A stretch of DNA of 50,106 bases, from the IMG/VR virus record IMGVR_UViG_3300005860_000041, positions 1 to 50,106 of that record; one strand, given 5' to 3'. Below the pieces are notes generated by a model. It did no database searches, had not been told where the DNA came from, and saw nothing but the letters and a program-made list of their open reading frames with translations. Below are positions 49,906 through 50,106 of this stretch, piece by piece; the stretch's first letter is position 1; each line of letters begins with the position of its first letter. The position numbers were made by a program, and so were the translations under genes. This stretch comes from a virus. Lineage: Duplodnaviria > Caudoviricetes.

Positions 49906-50106
49906 TCACTCAACTTCCTGGACAAGCGGAATTTCTTCGATGTGTGTGTCGGAATGAACCCTGTATCGCTTTACTGTATACCAACGCATCCGGTCGTCCA
50001 CCCACTCTTCCTCCTCTTTTTCGACAACTAAGTGGGAAGTAAGAGGAAACAGTAGCGCACTTATCTTCTTCCCGGCATAAGAAGGAATATCAATCTTTTC
50101 AGGATG
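49906..50106 (-). CDS. 3' part of a paralog of 1097..1489, truncated by the window edge
   Basis: Hand translation ...VVEKEEEEWVDDRMRWYTVKRYRVHSDTHIEEIPLVQEVE*; not in the ORF track. Confidence 0.85.
   Translation of the reverse strand, partial: HPEKIDIPSYAGKKISALLFPLTSHLVVEKEEEEWVDDRMRWYTVKRYRVHSDTHIEEIPLVQEVE

Larger units (their letters stand above)
1..50106. mobile_element. Tailed dsDNA bacteriophage genome (podovirus-like), near complete, broken within the repeat-rich cassette region
   Basis: Terminase, portal, scaffold, capsid, adaptor, nozzle, tail fibre and amidase in phage-like order. No host housekeeping operons. The same cassette architecture and a paralogous gene occur at both window ends. 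Confidence 0.95.

Overview
Near-complete dsDNA tailed-phage genome with podovirus-like morphogenesis genes. The host is probably a thermophilic bacterium (inferred from the peptidoglycan amidase, the bacterial beta-clamp, GGAGGTGA/GGGGTGA ribosome-binding sites and E/K/R-rich proteins). Almost all genes are on the minus strand: terminase large subunit, portal, three protamine-like basic proteins, a secreted trypsin-like protease, scaffold, major capsid, adaptor/nozzle, ejection-like proteins, tail fibre, a 4.6-kaa giant protein, a PurD-like ATP-grasp enzyme, amidase, metallophosphoesterase, Hjc-like nuclease, HTH replication protein and Sak4-like ATPase. A short plus-strand block (TerS-like protein, holin-like genes, S26 signal peptidase) converges on a 450-bp GC-rich decamer array. 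The most unusual part spans both window ends (1-6.1 kb and 49.0-50.1 kb). It is an array of single-gene cassettes separated by a recurring module, in transcription order: ACATAR tract that often supplies the stop codon, long hairpin, TTTATR-N5-GTATT motif, RBS. The array shows sequence traces of shuffling: a junction matching an excised-cassette circle, an inverted hairpin loop, a deleted cassette remnant and a gene-less cassette. Two solitary CRISPR-repeat-like sequences occupy the slot normally held by the promoter-like motif. No integrase, DNA polymerase, tRNA or true CRISPR array was recognised. All family assignments are by-eye motif recognition, not database searches. Many CDS starts were moved from the ORF track to the codon that follows an RBS.
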